A DNA stretch of 64,000 nt, taken from assembly GCA_902575785.1 (NCBI GenBank), contig CACGSR010000004.1, forward strand, positions 8,436 to 72,435. Direction: 5' to 3'. The notes beneath the pieces were generated by a model, which did not search any database, was not told the DNA's origin, and saw only the letters and a program-made list of their open reading frames with translations. The stretch is from an uncultured Pelagibacteraceae bacterium. GTDB taxonomy: Bacteria > Pseudomonadota > Alphaproteobacteria > Pelagibacterales > Pelagibacteraceae. Positions 22,698-33,573 of the stretch are shown here, piece after piece (within the stretch, counting starts at the first letter, position 1; every line of letters starts with the position of its first letter). Both the position numbers and the translations under genes were made by a program.

Positions 22698-23525
22698 TTA
22701 ATCTCTTAAAAGATCGTTTATAGATGTTTTCGATCTCGTTTTTTCATCAACCTGCTTAATTATTACAGCACAATATAATGAAGGTGCGGACGAATTATTC
22801 TTATCAGGTAATGAGCCTGGGACAACCACTGAGTAAGGTGGAATTTTACCGTAAGAAATTTTTCCTGTTTTTCTATCAACTATCTTTGTTGACTGACCAA
22901 TATACATACCCATACTCAAAACTGAACCTTCACCAACAATAACTCCCTCGACTACTTCTGACATAGCACCAAGGAAAACATTATCTTCAACAATTGTCGG
23001 GAGGGCTTGTGCAGGTTCTAAAACACCACCTACTCCGGAGCCAGCAGAAATGTGACAGTTTTTTCCTATTTGGCTGCAACTACCTGCTCTTGCAAATGTA
23101 TCTATCATTGTTCCTTCATCGATATACGCACCAATATTTACGTAGCATGGCATTAAAACAGCGTTTTTTCCAACAAAAGATCCTTTTCTTACTGGAGAAT
23201 TAGGAACCATTCTAAAGCCAGCTTTTTCATGTTCCTCTTTTGACCATCCAGCAGTTTTACCCTTTAATAAATGTGATTTATCATACCAGCTACTGTAAGG
23301 ACCATTTAAGTTTTCCATTGGGTAAATTCTAAAACTCAACATTATTGCTTTTTTTAAGTGTTGATGCGTCACCCACTCACCATTAATTTTTTCAGCTACT
23401 CTAGACTTACCAGCATCTAAATCATCAATAACTTGATTTATAGCATCTTTGATTTTTTGTTCTGAATTTTGGTTTATTTGATCTTTAATATCCCAAGCAT
23501 CATTGATAATTTTTTCTAAAGACAT
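22698..23525 (-). CDS. dapD: Tetrahydrodipicolinate N-succinyltransferase
   Basis: KKAIMLSF, VNIGAYIDEGTM, GGVLEP, SLYCAVIIK, TSINDLLRD. Confidence 0.96.
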   Translation of the reverse strand: MSLEKIINDAWDIKDQINQNSEQKIKDAINQVIDDLDAGKSRVAEKINGEWVTHQHLKKAIMLSFRIYPMENLNGPYSSWYDKSHLLKGKTAGWSKEEHEKAGFRMVPNSPVRKGSFVGKNAVLMPCYVNIGAYIDEGTMIDTFARAGSCSQIGKNCHISAGSGVGGVLEPAQALPTIVEDNVFLGAMSEVVEGVIVGEGSVLSMGMYIGQSTKIVDRKTGKISYGKIPPYSVVVPGSLPDKNNSSAPSLYCAVIIKQVDEKTRSKTSINDLLRD

Positions 23526-23528
23526 AAT

Positions 23529-24218
23529 TTATTGACTTTTTAATAACCTTATTTCTTTAAGAAATAAAGATAGATTTTCAATTTTATGAGAAATATAATC
23601 TTTATTTGAATCTATTTTTCCAAAATGTTCATCGTTAATTAGCCAAACAGTTGTACAACCCCGTTTGAAACCTATACTTAAATTTTTAGCGATATCTTCT
23701 ATATATATTGTTTCTTTAGGGTTTATACCAAATTTTTTTGTCATTAAATCAAATGTTTTTGCTTCGGGTTTAGGTATATAGCCGGCATCTTGGATGTCAA
23801 ACACCCTCTCTCTCCCAAATAAATCATAAATACCGAGATGAGTTAAAATATTTTCAGCGTGATCGGCACTTCCATTAGTAAAGATGAATTTTTCCATGTC
23901 TAATAACTCAAGTTCACTTCTCATTACTTTATCCTCTTTCATGAAAGAAAGATCAATAGTATGCACGTATTTTAAAAATTCTTGTGGCGGTATATCATGA
24001 TGGATCATAAGACCATTTAAGCTTGTATTATATTTATAAAAATAATTTGTTTGAAGCTCTTTAGCAGCTTTCATATCAATTTTAAGTCTTTTAGATATAA
24101 ATTCCGTCATTCGCTGGGATACTTGTCCAAAAACTTTCTCTAATGAATAATTATTATGTTTTCCATAACACACTCCATCGAGATCTAATAAAAGATATTT
24201 TTTATCCTTTAAATTCAT
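23529..24218 (-). CDS. HAD-family pyrimidine 5'-nucleotidase
   Basis: DLDG motif I, FTNG, PKP, IEDIAKNL; argB-HAD-dapD synteny. Confidence 0.85.
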   Translation of the reverse strand: MNLKDKKYLLLDLDGVCYGKHNNYSLEKVFGQVSQRMTEFISKRLKIDMKAAKELQTNYFYKYNTSLNGLMIHHDIPPQEFLKYVHTIDLSFMKEDKVMRSELELLDMEKFIFTNGSADHAENILTHLGIYDLFGRERVFDIQDAGYIPKPEAKTFDLMTKKFGINPKETIYIEDIAKNLSIGFKRGCTTVWLINDEHFGKIDSNKDYISHKIENLSLFLKEIRLLKSQ

Positions 24219-25063
24219 TTTCTTATAAGTGTACCCGAACCCTTGTCTGAAAAAATCTCAAATAGTATTGAATGTTTTTCTCTTCCATCAATAATTCCAA
24301 CTGCACTCACACCATTATTAACTGCATCTAGACATGTATTGATTTTAGGTATCATACCTTCAGTTATTATCTCTTTATCTATCATATCTAAAATTTCAGA
24401 TGATGAAATTTCTTCTATCAATTTTTTTTCGTTGTTAAGTACTCCTTTCACATTTGTCATTAATAATAATCTTCTTGATTTTAGAGATTTAGCTATTGCT
24501 CCTGCAGCAGTATCACCATTAATATTATAAGTTTTGTTATCAACTCCAAGACCCAAAGGAGAAATAATTGGAATTATATTATTTTTGATAGCACTTTTAA
24601 TAACTTCAATATTTATTTTACTTGGTATTCCAACAAATCCAAGCTCTTTAGATTCAGGAACAACTGTAATTATATTATTTTTTTTTGTATTTATAGATAG
24701 TGCCCGAGAACTTTTTTTCTCTAAGGATGAAACAATATCTAAATTAAAATCAATTAGAACTGACTCCACTATATTAATAATACTTTTATCAGTTACCCTT
24801 AATCCCCTAATAAATTTTGTCTGAATATTAGATTTATCCAACTCTCTTTTAATTCTTGGTCCACCCCCGTGAACAACTACTATTGATAACCCCAACTTAC
24901 TTAATATACTTATGTCAGTTATAAAATTATCAAATATATTTCTATCAATAAAAACATTTCCACCATATTTAATTACAATTATTTCATCTTTATATTTTTC
25001 AATATATTTGGATACCTCTTCTATTCGGGGCCCATTCTTGGGTAGTATTTGTTTCAGATTCAT
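24215..25063 (-). CDS. argB: Acetylglutamate kinase
   Basis: VIKYGG, VVHGGGP, GLRVTD, NINGD, GMIPK, SGTLI. Confidence 0.96.
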   Translation of the reverse strand: MNLKQILPKNGPRIEEVSKYIEKYKDEIIVIKYGGNVFIDRNIFDNFITDISILSKLGLSIVVVHGGGPRIKRELDKSNIQTKFIRGLRVTDKSIINIVESVLIDFNLDIVSSLEKKSSRALSINTKKNNIITVVPESKELGFVGIPSKINIEVIKSAIKNNIIPIISPLGLGVDNKTYNINGDTAAGAIAKSLKSRRLLLMTNVKGVLNNEKKLIEEISSSEILDMIDKEIITEGMIPKINTCLDAVNNGVSAVGIIDGREKHSILFEIFSDKGSGTLIRK

Positions 25064-25092
25064 TAATTTTTGTATATGTGATTAAAATAATA

Positions 25093-26772
25093 TCAAGTTG
25101 TAGTCTTTATAGTTGTTCTTTTCATAATAAATAATTGCTGAGCCATCGTTAAAATATTGTTTATGGTCCAATAAATAACTAGTCCACTAGGGAATGGCGC
25201 AAGAATTACTGTCAAAAAAAGAGGGAAGAACATAAATATCTTAGCTTGCATTGGATCAGTAGGTGCTGGATTTAATTTCTGTTGTATCCACATTGAAACA
25301 CCCATTGCAACTGGCCATGCTCCTATTACTAAAAAAGAGGGAACATCATATGGCAATAGACCAAATAAATTAAATAAACTTGTTGGGTCTCTTTCACTTA
25401 GATCTTGTATCCATCCGAAAAAGGGCATTTGCCTCATTTCAATAGTTACGAATAAAACTTTATATAAAGCAAAAAAAACTGGAATTTGGACAAGAATTGG
25501 CAAACATCCAGACATTGGGTTAACCTTTTCTTTCTTATATAAAGCCATCATTGCTTGCTGTAATTTCATTTTATCATCTTTGTGAAGTTCTTTTAGTCTC
25601 ACCATCTCAGGCTGTAGAGCTTTCATTTTTGCCATACTTCTAAAGGAGAAGTTAGCAAGAGGGAAAAAAACTAGCCGAATACAAATTGTGATAGCTATGA
25701 TTGCTAAACCATAATTTCCTAAAAGTTTAAAGAAGTAGTCAATTCCAAAAAAAAGAGGTTTAGTTATGAAATAAAGGAAGCCCCAATCAATAACTAAATC
25801 AAATTTATCAATATCTAGTGTCTGAGAATATCCATCAATAACATCAACTCTTTTTGCAGCTACAATAATTTGAAATTCCTCCTCAATTTTACTTTTTTCC
25901 ATTAATTTCAATGGCTCAGTCGATATGAAATTGGCTCTAAATTTTTTCTTATAATCAAATGTGGTTTTAAATTCTTTATTTTTTGGTGGTATTAAAGAAG
26001 TGATCCAATATTTATCACCAATTCCCAGCCATCCTTTTTGTGAAATTCTAGAAAACTTCTGTTCTTGAATATCATCATAATCTTCCTCTATCAGCTCATC
26101 ATCTAAAGTAGCAATCAAACCCTCATGTAATATGTAAAAATTAGATATTTCAGGAATTTTGTTTCTTATAATTTGACCATAGGAATAAAAATCATATTTT
26201 TTATTAGTTGAATTAGTCACACTTTGTTTAATATTAAACAAATATTGTTCATCTAAAGATATTTCTTTATGAAAAGTTATCCCTTGTTTGTTAGTCCAAG
26301 ATAATTTTATTGGAGATTGAGTTGTAAGTTTTTTATTTCCAATTACTGACCAAACAGTATTAGAATTTGGAATATCTATGTTTTTATCAGCTGTTACAAA
26401 ACCACTTTCTATCAAATAACCATCTTCAATATTTCTTGGACCTAATAGTTTGACTTTTTCGTTACTTTCTAGAGATGTATTGTAGTTTTTAAAAGTAAGA
26501 TCATCAATGGCAGCTCCTTTTAAAGATATTGACCCAATAATACTTTGATTTTCAAATTTAACTCTTTCGCTTTCTTTTAAAGCTTCCTCTCTTGTAACTT
26601 GTACCAGGTTTTCTTTTTGATCTAAACTTGGTGTATCATTAGTTTGTTCTATTTTATCTTTGTCTATAAAACTTTTCTTTGGCTCTGTTTTTTCAGGTAT
26701 AAAAAATAATGAATATAGAACGATTACTGCCGAGGATAACGCAATAGCTGCAATTGTATTTTTTGAGTCCAT
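25093..26772 (-). CDS. yidC: Membrane protein insertase YidC
   Basis: IDWGF, GNYGLAII, LQP, NPMSGCLP, PSGLVIYW. Confidence 0.97.
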   Translation of the reverse strand: MDSKNTIAAIALSSAVIVLYSLFFIPEKTEPKKSFIDKDKIEQTNDTPSLDQKENLVQVTREEALKESERVKFENQSIIGSISLKGAAIDDLTFKNYNTSLESNEKVKLLGPRNIEDGYLIESGFVTADKNIDIPNSNTVWSVIGNKKLTTQSPIKLSWTNKQGITFHKEISLDEQYLFNIKQSVTNSTNKKYDFYSYGQIIRNKIPEISNFYILHEGLIATLDDELIEEDYDDIQEQKFSRISQKGWLGIGDKYWITSLIPPKNKEFKTTFDYKKKFRANFISTEPLKLMEKSKIEEEFQIIVAAKRVDVIDGYSQTLDIDKFDLVIDWGFLYFITKPLFFGIDYFFKLLGNYGLAIIAITICIRLVFFPLANFSFRSMAKMKALQPEMVRLKELHKDDKMKLQQAMMALYKKEKVNPMSGCLPILVQIPVFFALYKVLFVTIEMRQMPFFGWIQDLSERDPTSLFNLFGLLPYDVPSFLVIGAWPVAMGVSMWIQQKLNPAPTDPMQAKIFMFFPLFLTVILAPFPSGLVIYWTINNILTMAQQLFIMKRTTIKTTT

Positions 26773-27023
26773 TATTTTTTTTCTTCTATTTTTTTAATAA
26801 CAGGGTCAAGACCTTCACCACCTCCAAGAGTTTTAATCGGATGACATGAGAAAATTCTTTTTAAACTTAACCAAGAACCTTTAAAAAAACCATAAGTCTT
26901 TAATGCTTCAATGCTGTATTCAGAGCAAGTTGGCAAATATCTACAAGCGCTACCTAGCAAAGGGCTTAAAAAAAATCTGTATCCTTTTATTAGTGATATC
27001 AAAATATTTGTAATAATTTTCAT
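26772..27023 (-). CDS. yidD: Membrane protein insertion efficiency factor
   Basis: [29 protein letters not shown]. Confidence 0.94.
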   Translation of the reverse strand: MKIITNILISLIKGYRFFLSPLLGSACRYLPTCSEYSIEALKTYGFFKGSWLSLKRIFSCHPIKTLGGGEGLDPVIKKIEEKK

Positions 27024-27364
27024 TATTTTATTTTTTTAAAACTTTGTATTAAGGTTTCTTTTATATTTGTATATTCATTATTTAACATAGTTGGCTTAGC
27101 AATAACAAGATATGAATAATTGAGGTTTAATGATATTTTTTTGAAAGCTTCATTAACAATATTTTTAAGTCTTCTTTTAATCTTGTTTCTTTTGATAGCA
27201 TTTCCTATTTTTTTCTTAGTAACAAAACTGATATTAAGTTTTTTTTTGTTTTTATTTTTTAAATAACCAAAAAAAATCGTTACATATTCATTAGAAATTT
27301 TATCTTTTTTTAACAGATGCTTAAATTCTTCATTCTTTGAAAGAGCAAGTATTTTGCTTTTCAT
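27023..27364 (-). CDS. rnpA: RNase P protein component
   Basis: [18 protein letters not shown] (RNR-like motif); ATG at 27364 (ORF-track extension overlaps rpmH). Confidence 0.92.
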   Translation of the reverse strand: MKSKILALSKNEEFKHLLKKDKISNEYVTIFFGYLKNKNKKKLNISFVTKKKIGNAIKRNKIKRRLKNIVNEAFKKISLNLNYSYLVIAKPTMLNNEYTNIKETLIQSFKKIK

Positions 27365-27368
27365 TAAT

Positions 27369-27509
27369 TTAACCAGAGACCGTAAGAGATTTTCTGCCTC
27401 TTGCTCTTCTTCTTGATAATAGCTTTTTACCACCTTTAGTTTTCATTTTAGATCTAAATCCGTGTTTTCTGGCTCTTTTAATTTTTGAAGGTTGATATGT
27501 TCTTTTCAT
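27369..27509 (-). CDS. rpmH: 50S ribosomal protein L34, 46 aa (missing from ORF track)
   Basis: Read by hand: [46 protein letters not shown]. Confidence 0.97.
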   Translation of the reverse strand: MKRTYQPSKIKRARKHGFRSKMKTKGGKKLLSRRRARGRKSLTVSG

Positions 27510-27601
27510 AAAACGAAACAAATTATTAATAAATTTGGCCCTTTATAGTAATTAAATATATAAATAGCAAATAGAAGATTTTAAAATAAATTAAAAAATA
27601 A

Positions 27602-28324
27602 ATGGAAAAAATTAAAAAAATTAAAATTTATGTTGGAATATCATACATTATTTTAGTAAGTTTTTTTTTATTTTTTTTCTTTTCGAAATTTAGTTTGCAA
27701 CAAATAACGTCATACGATTTTATCAAAGAAAATAGCTTGTACCTTACAAGTCTTAAAAATTCTAATTTATTTTTAGTTTTTATTATTTTTTTAACATTAA
27801 CGATTTTGTGGGTGTTTCCATTTTTAGGATTTGGCTCTCCAATTGCTCTTCTTGGAGGTTTTATTTTTGGAAAGTGGATAGGGACGATTGTTGTGGTATT
27901 AGGATTAAGCTCTGGGGCAACATTTCTATATATTTTTGGAAATTTTTTTTTAAAAGATATTATAAAAGAAAAATTTTTAAATAAGTTTAAAAATTTAGAG
28001 TCAAAATTTAAAGAATCGGAATTTACTTATTTACTAATTTATAGATTTTGTGGAGGTATACCTTGGCAATTGAGTTGCATTATACCCACAATGTTTAATG
28101 TAAAGGTAAGCAATTTTTTTTATGCAACTCTTATTGGTATTATCCCCCAAATTTTTCTGGCTGTTTCGATAGGAAGTGGATTAGAAAAAATTATAGACGA
28201 AAATATTGAGGCCCCAAGTATAATTGATTTAATTAGTTCAAGAGATATATATATCCCAATGATTATTTTTTTTATATTGATAATATCTTCAATAATAATC
28301 AGAAAATTTCTCTACAGAAAATAA
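27602..28324 (+). CDS. TVP38/TMEM64 (DedA/VTT) membrane protein
   Basis: LGGFIFG, GATFLY, LLIYRFCGGIP, ATLIGIIP; hydrophobic helices; divergent from rpmH. Confidence 0.85.
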   Translation: MEKIKKIKIYVGISYIILVSFFLFFFFSKFSLQQITSYDFIKENSLYLTSLKNSNLFLVFIIFLTLTILWVFPFLGFGSPIALLGGFIFGKWIGTIVVVLGLSSGATFLYIFGNFFLKDIIKEKFLNKFKNLESKFKESEFTYLLIYRFCGGIPWQLSCIIPTMFNVKVSNFFYATLIGIIPQIFLAVSIGSGLEKIIDENIEAPSIIDLISSRDIYIPMIIFFILIISSIIIRKFLYRK

Positions 28325-29593
28325 ATGAGCAAAATTTTAATAAAAAATAAATTTTTGCTGTTTACAGTATTTTTAATTTTCTACTCAGTTTTTTATTTAA
28401 TTCGTAAACACAATGGTGGACTTGATTGGTCGGTTTCAGAATGGCTTATAAATTATCAAGGTGGTTTTACAAGAAGGGGTCTTGGGGGCGAGATAAATAT
28501 TTTCTTATCAAATTTTTTTTCAATTTCATTAAGAGATGCAATTCTTCTTCTTCAAGTTACACTTCATAGCACTTATTTAATATTATTTTTTTTCTTAATT
28601 AAAGATCTTAAGTTAGATATTATTCAAATTTTTGCATTATTTAGTCCATTATTTTTATTATATCCCATTGCTGAACTCGAAGGTCTTGGAAGAAAAGAAA
28701 TGTCTATATTTCTCTCTTTTTCAATAGTAATTTTTCTTTCTGATAAAAAATTTCATCCAAATTTTGTTAATTTGTTTGTGCTGATTTTTTTTCCTATCTT
28801 ATGTTTGATTTGGGAACAAGTAATATTATTAGCTCCATTTTTTGCAGTAATTTTGATAGATAAAAATAAATTACACTCTTTCACTGAAACATTTATAAAA
28901 ATACTTTTAATTTTTTCGCCATCAATAATTGTGATTTTAGTAATTTTTGCTTTACCTTTAAGCAGTGAGGGACATGATATTATGTGTAAATACTTAAAAA
29001 CAAAATTTAACGAAAGATGTTATGGATCAGCAGATTTACTTATGAAAAATACAATTTATTTTGACACATTTTGGATTCATTTAGAAAGAACTAATTTTTT
29101 TCATTATTTTAGATATATCATGATTTTTTTGATTGGGTTTTTACCTCTACATCTTTGTATAAATAAAAAAAATTTCACAAATCGAGAAAATTTTATTAGT
29201 AAAAATTTTAAACCTATATTTCTATTTTTTATACTTTATTCTCCAATGTTGTTATTATATGCTTTTGGCCATGATTGGGGTAGATGGATTCATATTCAAT
29301 ATTCTATGTCAATTTTGTTGTATTTGTATTTCGTAAAACATAAAAAAATTAGCGAAAATTTAAATGACAATTTTTATATAAACTTTTTAATTAAAAGAAA
29401 AAAATTACTAATTTTTGTTTTTTTTATATTTGCATTTTACTGGAATCCTAAAACTCTTATCACAGGAGATATAGCAACAAATAGTCTTTATAAGATCGTT
29501 TATAACTCTACAAAAGTTATATTCGATTATAAAGGCATTAGACTATTTCAAAATAATCCTGTTATTAAATTTCACAAGAAATTTATTGAGTAG
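28325..29593 (+). CDS. Polytopic membrane protein, possible GT-C-fold glycosyltransferase
   Basis: About 10 TM segments; loop DWSVSEWLINYQGGFTRRGLGGE, GRKE, LIWEQ, HDWGRW. Confidence 0.6.
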   Translation: MSKILIKNKFLLFTVFLIFYSVFYLIRKHNGGLDWSVSEWLINYQGGFTRRGLGGEINIFLSNFFSISLRDAILLLQVTLHSTYLILFFFLIKDLKLDIIQIFALFSPLFLLYPIAELEGLGRKEMSIFLSFSIVIFLSDKKFHPNFVNLFVLIFFPILCLIWEQVILLAPFFAVILIDKNKLHSFTETFIKILLIFSPSIIVILVIFALPLSSEGHDIMCKYLKTKFNERCYGSADLLMKNTIYFDTFWIHLERTNFFHYFRYIMIFLIGFLPLHLCINKKNFTNRENFISKNFKPIFLFFILYSPMLLLYAFGHDWGRWIHIQYSMSILLYLYFVKHKKISENLNDNFYINFLIKRKKLLIFVFFIFAFYWNPKTLITGDIATNSLYKIVYNSTKVIFDYKGIRLFQNNPVIKFHKKFIE

Positions 29594-29605
29594 AGTGTTT
29601 TTTAA

Positions 29606-29679
29606 TGGTGCCCTCACCAAGAGTCGAACTTGAGATTTATCCTTACCATGGATACGTTATACCACTTAACTATGAGGGC
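29606..29679 (-). tRNA. tRNA-Thr (GGT)
   Basis: Reverse complement GCCCTCA...TATCC-ATGGTAA-GGATA...GTTCGAC...TGAGGGC-ACCA. Confidence 0.95.
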
Positions 29680-29781
29680 TGATGTGGTAAGCCAATAATT
29701 TAAGACTAATATAATGCATTTTCTCAAATTATTGCCTTAATTTTTTTGATAATATGATTTATATCTACTTAAGGAAATATT

Positions 29782-29979
29782 ATGGGCATTCACTACGATT
29801 ATAAATCTACAAAAAGTGCAAAATTGATGGAAAAACAAGCTAAGAGGGAAAGAAAGCTTGCCGAAAAAAAAGCTAAAAGACTGGCAAAAGAGGGTCCAAA
29901 AATTGAGAAAAAAAATAATACTCTTGATGCTTCAAAGCCCATAACTTTAGATTTTCTTACCAATCCAAATAAAAAATGA
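29782..29979 (+). CDS. Small basic hypothetical protein, 65 aa
   Basis: AAGGA RBS upstream; Lys/Arg-rich helix; ATGA overlap with the next small ORF. Confidence 0.75.
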   Translation: MGIHYDYKSTKSAKLMEKQAKRERKLAEKKAKRLAKEGPKIEKKNNTLDASKPITLDFLTNPNKK

Positions 29980-30074
29980 CCACAAAAAATAAAGATGATA
30001 GATTAAGTCTAGCTCTTAGAAAGAATCTAAGAAAAAGAAAAATTTCTCAAAAAAAGAATAAGAAAAAGAAATAA
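29976..30074 (+). CDS. Very small basic protein, 32 aa (missing from ORF track)
   Basis: [32 protein letters not shown]; ATGA-coupled to the upstream ORF, stop 5 nt before dcd; RLxxALRxNLxxRK pattern. Confidence 0.7.
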   Translation: MTTKNKDDRLSLALRKNLRKRKISQKKNKKKK

Positions 30075-30079
30075 ATAAA

Positions 30080-30634
30080 ATGTCAGTTTTATCAGATAAA
30101 TGGATAAGAAAAATGTCCAAAGAAAATGAAATGATCTCTCCCTTTGAGGAAAAACAAATAAGAGGAGATAGCATTTCTTATGGGCTTTCATCATTTGGTT
30201 ATGATGCACGAGTTTCTAATGAGTTTAAAATATTTACGAATGTAAATTCTGAAATTGTTGATCCAAAAAATTTTAAACCAACAAATTTTGTAAGCAAAAA
30301 TACTTCAGAATGTATTATTCCCCCTAATTCATTTGTGCTAGCGAGTACAGTTGAAAAATTTAAAATTCCAGAGGATATAATGGTAATTTGTCTTGGTAAG
30401 TCTACTTATGCAAGATGTGGAATAATTGTAAATGTTACACCTTTAGAACCAGGTTGGGAGGGCTATGTAACTCTTGAATTTTCGAATACTACCCCATTAC
30501 CTGCTAAGATTTATGCTAATGAAGGTGTTGCTCAATTTATTTTCCTTAAAGGAAATGAAAAACCAGAAGTGACTTACGCAGACCGAAAAGGAAAGTATAT
30601 GGGTCAAACTGGAGTAACATTGCCAAAAGTTTAA
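30080..30634 (+). CDS. dcd: dCTP deaminase
   Basis: [35 protein letters not shown]. Confidence 0.97.
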   Translation: MSVLSDKWIRKMSKENEMISPFEEKQIRGDSISYGLSSFGYDARVSNEFKIFTNVNSEIVDPKNFKPTNFVSKNTSECIIPPNSFVLASTVEKFKIPEDIMVICLGKSTYARCGIIVNVTPLEPGWEGYVTLEFSNTTPLPAKIYANEGVAQFIFLKGNEKPEVTYADRKGKYMGQTGVTLPKV

Positions 30635-30636
30635 TT

Positions 30637-31890
30637 ATGCAAAAACTAGAAGTTTTTGGATCAAATAAACTTAAGGGTACAATTGATATATCAGGATCAA
30701 AAAATGCATCATTACCAATACTTGCGGCAAGTTTATTAACTAATAAAAAGATTTATTTAAGAAATCTTCCAAAGGTTCAAGATATTGCAACAATGATAAA
30801 TTTATTGAAATCATTAGGCTCTAGAATTAAATTTAAGAATCAAGATTTAGTAATTGATAATTCAAAACAAAATAAAAAATTTGCATCGTATAATCTTATG
30901 AAAACTATGCGTGCGGGGATCCTGGTGCTTGGCCCTTTATTAGCCAAGTTTGGAGTTGCAAAAGTTTCACTTCCAGGGGGTTGTGCTATTGGAACGAGGC
31001 CAGTAGACATTCATCTGAATTCCTTATCTAAATTAGGTGTAAAATATAAAATTTTTCAGGGTTATGTTCATGCCAGTGCTCCAAAAGGATTAATAGGTTC
31101 GAAAATTCGTTTCTCCAAAATTTCAGTAGGTGCAACGGAAAATCTTATTATTGCAGCAAGTTTTGCTAAAGGAATAACAATTTTAAATAATTGTGCAATT
31201 GAACCAGAGATTAAAGATTTAGTAAATTTTTTAGTAAAGTTAGGATGTAATATAAAATGGACCTCAAAAAGATCGATTAAAATTGTAGGAGTTAAAAAAG
31301 TAAATCAAACAACTCACTCAATAATGTTTGATAGGATAGAGGCAGGAACATACCTTATCGCAGCAGCAATCACAGAAAGTAATTTGAAAATAAGAAATCT
31401 TATACCAAGTATTTTAAAAACTGAAATTGATATTTTAAAAAAGATTGGTGCAAGAGTGATTGTAAAAAAAAATGAAATACAAATTTTTGGAAATAAAAAT
31501 ATCAAGAGTATGAATATAAAAACTGCTCCATATCCTGGATTTCCAACCGACTTACAGGCTCAAATAATGGTATTATTATGTAAAGCCAATAATAAATCAT
31601 GCATAAAAGAAGATATTTTTGAAAATAGATTTATGCATGTATCTGAATTAAACAGAATGGGAGCACAAATTTCTATAAATGGTAATAAAGCATTAATCTC
31701 TGGGAATATTAAGTTTGCACCAGCTGAATTGATGGCTACGGATTTAAGAGCATCCGTTTCTTTGATACTTGCAGCGTTAAGTGCAAAAGGAAAATCAGTA
31801 ATTAATCGAATTTATCATCTTGATAGAGGATATGAAAATTTAGAAAAAAAATTAAAAAAAGTTGGGGCTAAGGTAAGAAGAGTTGATTGA
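30637..31890 (+). CDS. murA: UDP-GlcNAc 1-carboxyvinyltransferase
   Basis: SGSKNA, LPGGCAIGTRP, SVGATEN, PGFPTDLQ, TDLRA, HLDRGYE. Confidence 0.97.
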   Translation: MQKLEVFGSNKLKGTIDISGSKNASLPILAASLLTNKKIYLRNLPKVQDIATMINLLKSLGSRIKFKNQDLVIDNSKQNKKFASYNLMKTMRAGILVLGPLLAKFGVAKVSLPGGCAIGTRPVDIHLNSLSKLGVKYKIFQGYVHASAPKGLIGSKIRFSKISVGATENLIIAASFAKGITILNNCAIEPEIKDLVNFLVKLGCNIKWTSKRSIKIVGVKKVNQTTHSIMFDRIEAGTYLIAAAITESNLKIRNLIPSILKTEIDILKKIGARVIVKKNEIQIFGNKNIKSMNIKTAPYPGFPTDLQAQIMVLLCKANNKSCIKEDIFENRFMHVSELNRMGAQISINGNKALISGNIKFAPAELMATDLRASVSLILAALSAKGKSVINRIYHLDRGYENLEKKLKKVGAKVRRVD

Positions 31891-32288
31891 TGGAAAAAAA
31901 ATATCTAGCAAAAATTATAGCAACAGATAATGAGGGTTTACGAATGATATCAGCTTACAGTGCTGGAGCTAGAATAAAGATAGCAGATATAAAATATTTA
32001 GCATCGAATAAAGTTTTTTTGATGTCAATTGAAAGAAACAAAGTTGAAACAAATCAAAAAAGCAAAAAGACTAATAGTATTTGTAGATTTGACTTTGTTG
32101 ATAAAGTAAAATCTAAAAATATAAATCAAAAAAATAACGAATTAATTTTGGAATTATTGGCCATAGACTTTATGAAAAACAAAAATGATTATGAAATTAA
32201 TCTGATTTTTAATAATAATGCTCATATTGCTTTGACCACTGAAACAATTGAAGTAAGGCTAGAAGATCAAATTGAAATTAAAGATTAA
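31890..32288 (+). CDS. DUF2948-family protein
   Basis: A.DxEGLxxIS...LELLAI...IEVRLED pattern; murA-DUF2948-hisD synteny. Confidence 0.75.
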   Translation: MEKKYLAKIIATDNEGLRMISAYSAGARIKIADIKYLASNKVFLMSIERNKVETNQKSKKTNSICRFDFVDKVKSKNINQKNNELILELLAIDFMKNKNDYEINLIFNNNAHIALTTETIEVRLEDQIEIKD

Positions 32289-33571
32289 TGATAGAAATAA
32301 GTAGTAAAAATAGAAACTTCGATAAAATTCTTGATAATTTGCTTTTACAAAGAAGAAATAAAGTAAAATCAGAGTCAATTTCAGTTACAAATATAATCAA
32401 GGATATTAAAAAAAATGGAGATAAAGCCTTACTAAAATACGAAAAAAAATATAATAATAATAAAATTATAAAACCAAATTCTAAAGAGATTTCAAAAGCG
32501 ATATCATCTCTGGAAACTAAAGTAAAAAAAGCAATTGATTTGGCTTACCAAAGAATTTACAAATTTCATTCTCTTCAAAAATTTAAAAATATTTCTTATA
32601 CAGATAAATTTAAAAATAAATTAGAGTATAAATATTTACCAATAGAGTCTGTTGCAATTTATGTCCCTGGTTCTTCAGCCTCATATCCATCAACTGTATT
32701 GATGAATGCTATTCCAGCAATAGTTGCAGGAGTAAGAAGAATAGTAATGATAAATCCAAGCAATAAAGGTAAACAGAGTCCAGCAGTATTATATGCTGCA
32801 AGAAAATGTAAAATCAAAGAAATTTATTCAATAGGAGGCCCCTCAGCAATTGCAGCAGTTGCTTACGGGACTAAAAAAATTCAGAAAGTTAATAAGATTG
32901 TAGGACCTGGAAATATTTACGTTGCTGCTGCAAAAAAAGAGGTTTTTGGAGATGTTGGTATAGAAAGCATGACCGCAGGTCCCTCAGAAATTACTATAGT
33001 TTGTGACAAACAATCTAATCCTGAATGGGTAGCTAGCGACTTAATAGGTCAAGCAGAGCACGATGTTCTTGCTCAATGTATTTTAATTTCTAAAGATAAA
33101 AGTTTTTTAAATAAAGTAAAATTAGAAATTAATAGTCAATTGAAGGATATTCCAAGATTGTCAATAGCAAGAAAAAGTTTGAATAAACATGGAATTTTAA
33201 TTCATATTCAAACTGATAAAAAAATGATTAATGTTGTAAATAAAATTGCACCAGAACATTTAGAATTAAATGTAAAAAATTTTAAATCTTTTATCTCTAA
33301 GATAAAAAATTCTGGTTCTATTTGTCTAGGCAAGTATGCTGTAATGGCAATGACTGATTATAATGTAGGTTCTAATCATATATTACCAACAAATGGCTCA
33401 GCTAAATATTCAAGTGGAATAAGTGTAAATGAATTTTATAAAAGAATTTCTTACATAAATTTATCAAAAAAGGGTATTGAAAGTCTTGGACCATCAGTTA
33501 TAACTCTTGCAAATTATGAGGGTTTAGCTGGACATGCTCAATCTATTAAAAAAAGAATTAGGAGAAAATAA
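32288..33571 (+). CDS. hisD: Histidinol dehydrogenase
   Basis: [45 protein letters not shown]. Confidence 0.95.
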   Translation: MIEISSKNRNFDKILDNLLLQRRNKVKSESISVTNIIKDIKKNGDKALLKYEKKYNNNKIIKPNSKEISKAISSLETKVKKAIDLAYQRIYKFHSLQKFKNISYTDKFKNKLEYKYLPIESVAIYVPGSSASYPSTVLMNAIPAIVAGVRRIVMINPSNKGKQSPAVLYAARKCKIKEIYSIGGPSAIAAVAYGTKKIQKVNKIVGPGNIYVAAAKKEVFGDVGIESMTAGPSEITIVCDKQSNPEWVASDLIGQAEHDVLAQCILISKDKSFLNKVKLEINSQLKDIPRLSIARKSLNKHGILIHIQTDKKMINVVNKIAPEHLELNVKNFKSFISKIKNSGSICLGKYAVMAMTDYNVGSNHILPTNGSAKYSSGISVNEFYKRISYINLSKKGIESLGPSVITLANYEGLAGHAQSIKKRIRRK

Positions 33572-33573
33572 AT

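Noticed and set aside
27365-27433. ORF-track N-terminal extension of rnpA
   Set aside because: Overlaps rpmH in another frame; ATG 27364 is the plausible start
27510-27601. Replication origin next to rpmH
   Set aside because: No dnaA and no DnaA-box cluster; the gap is only 92 bp
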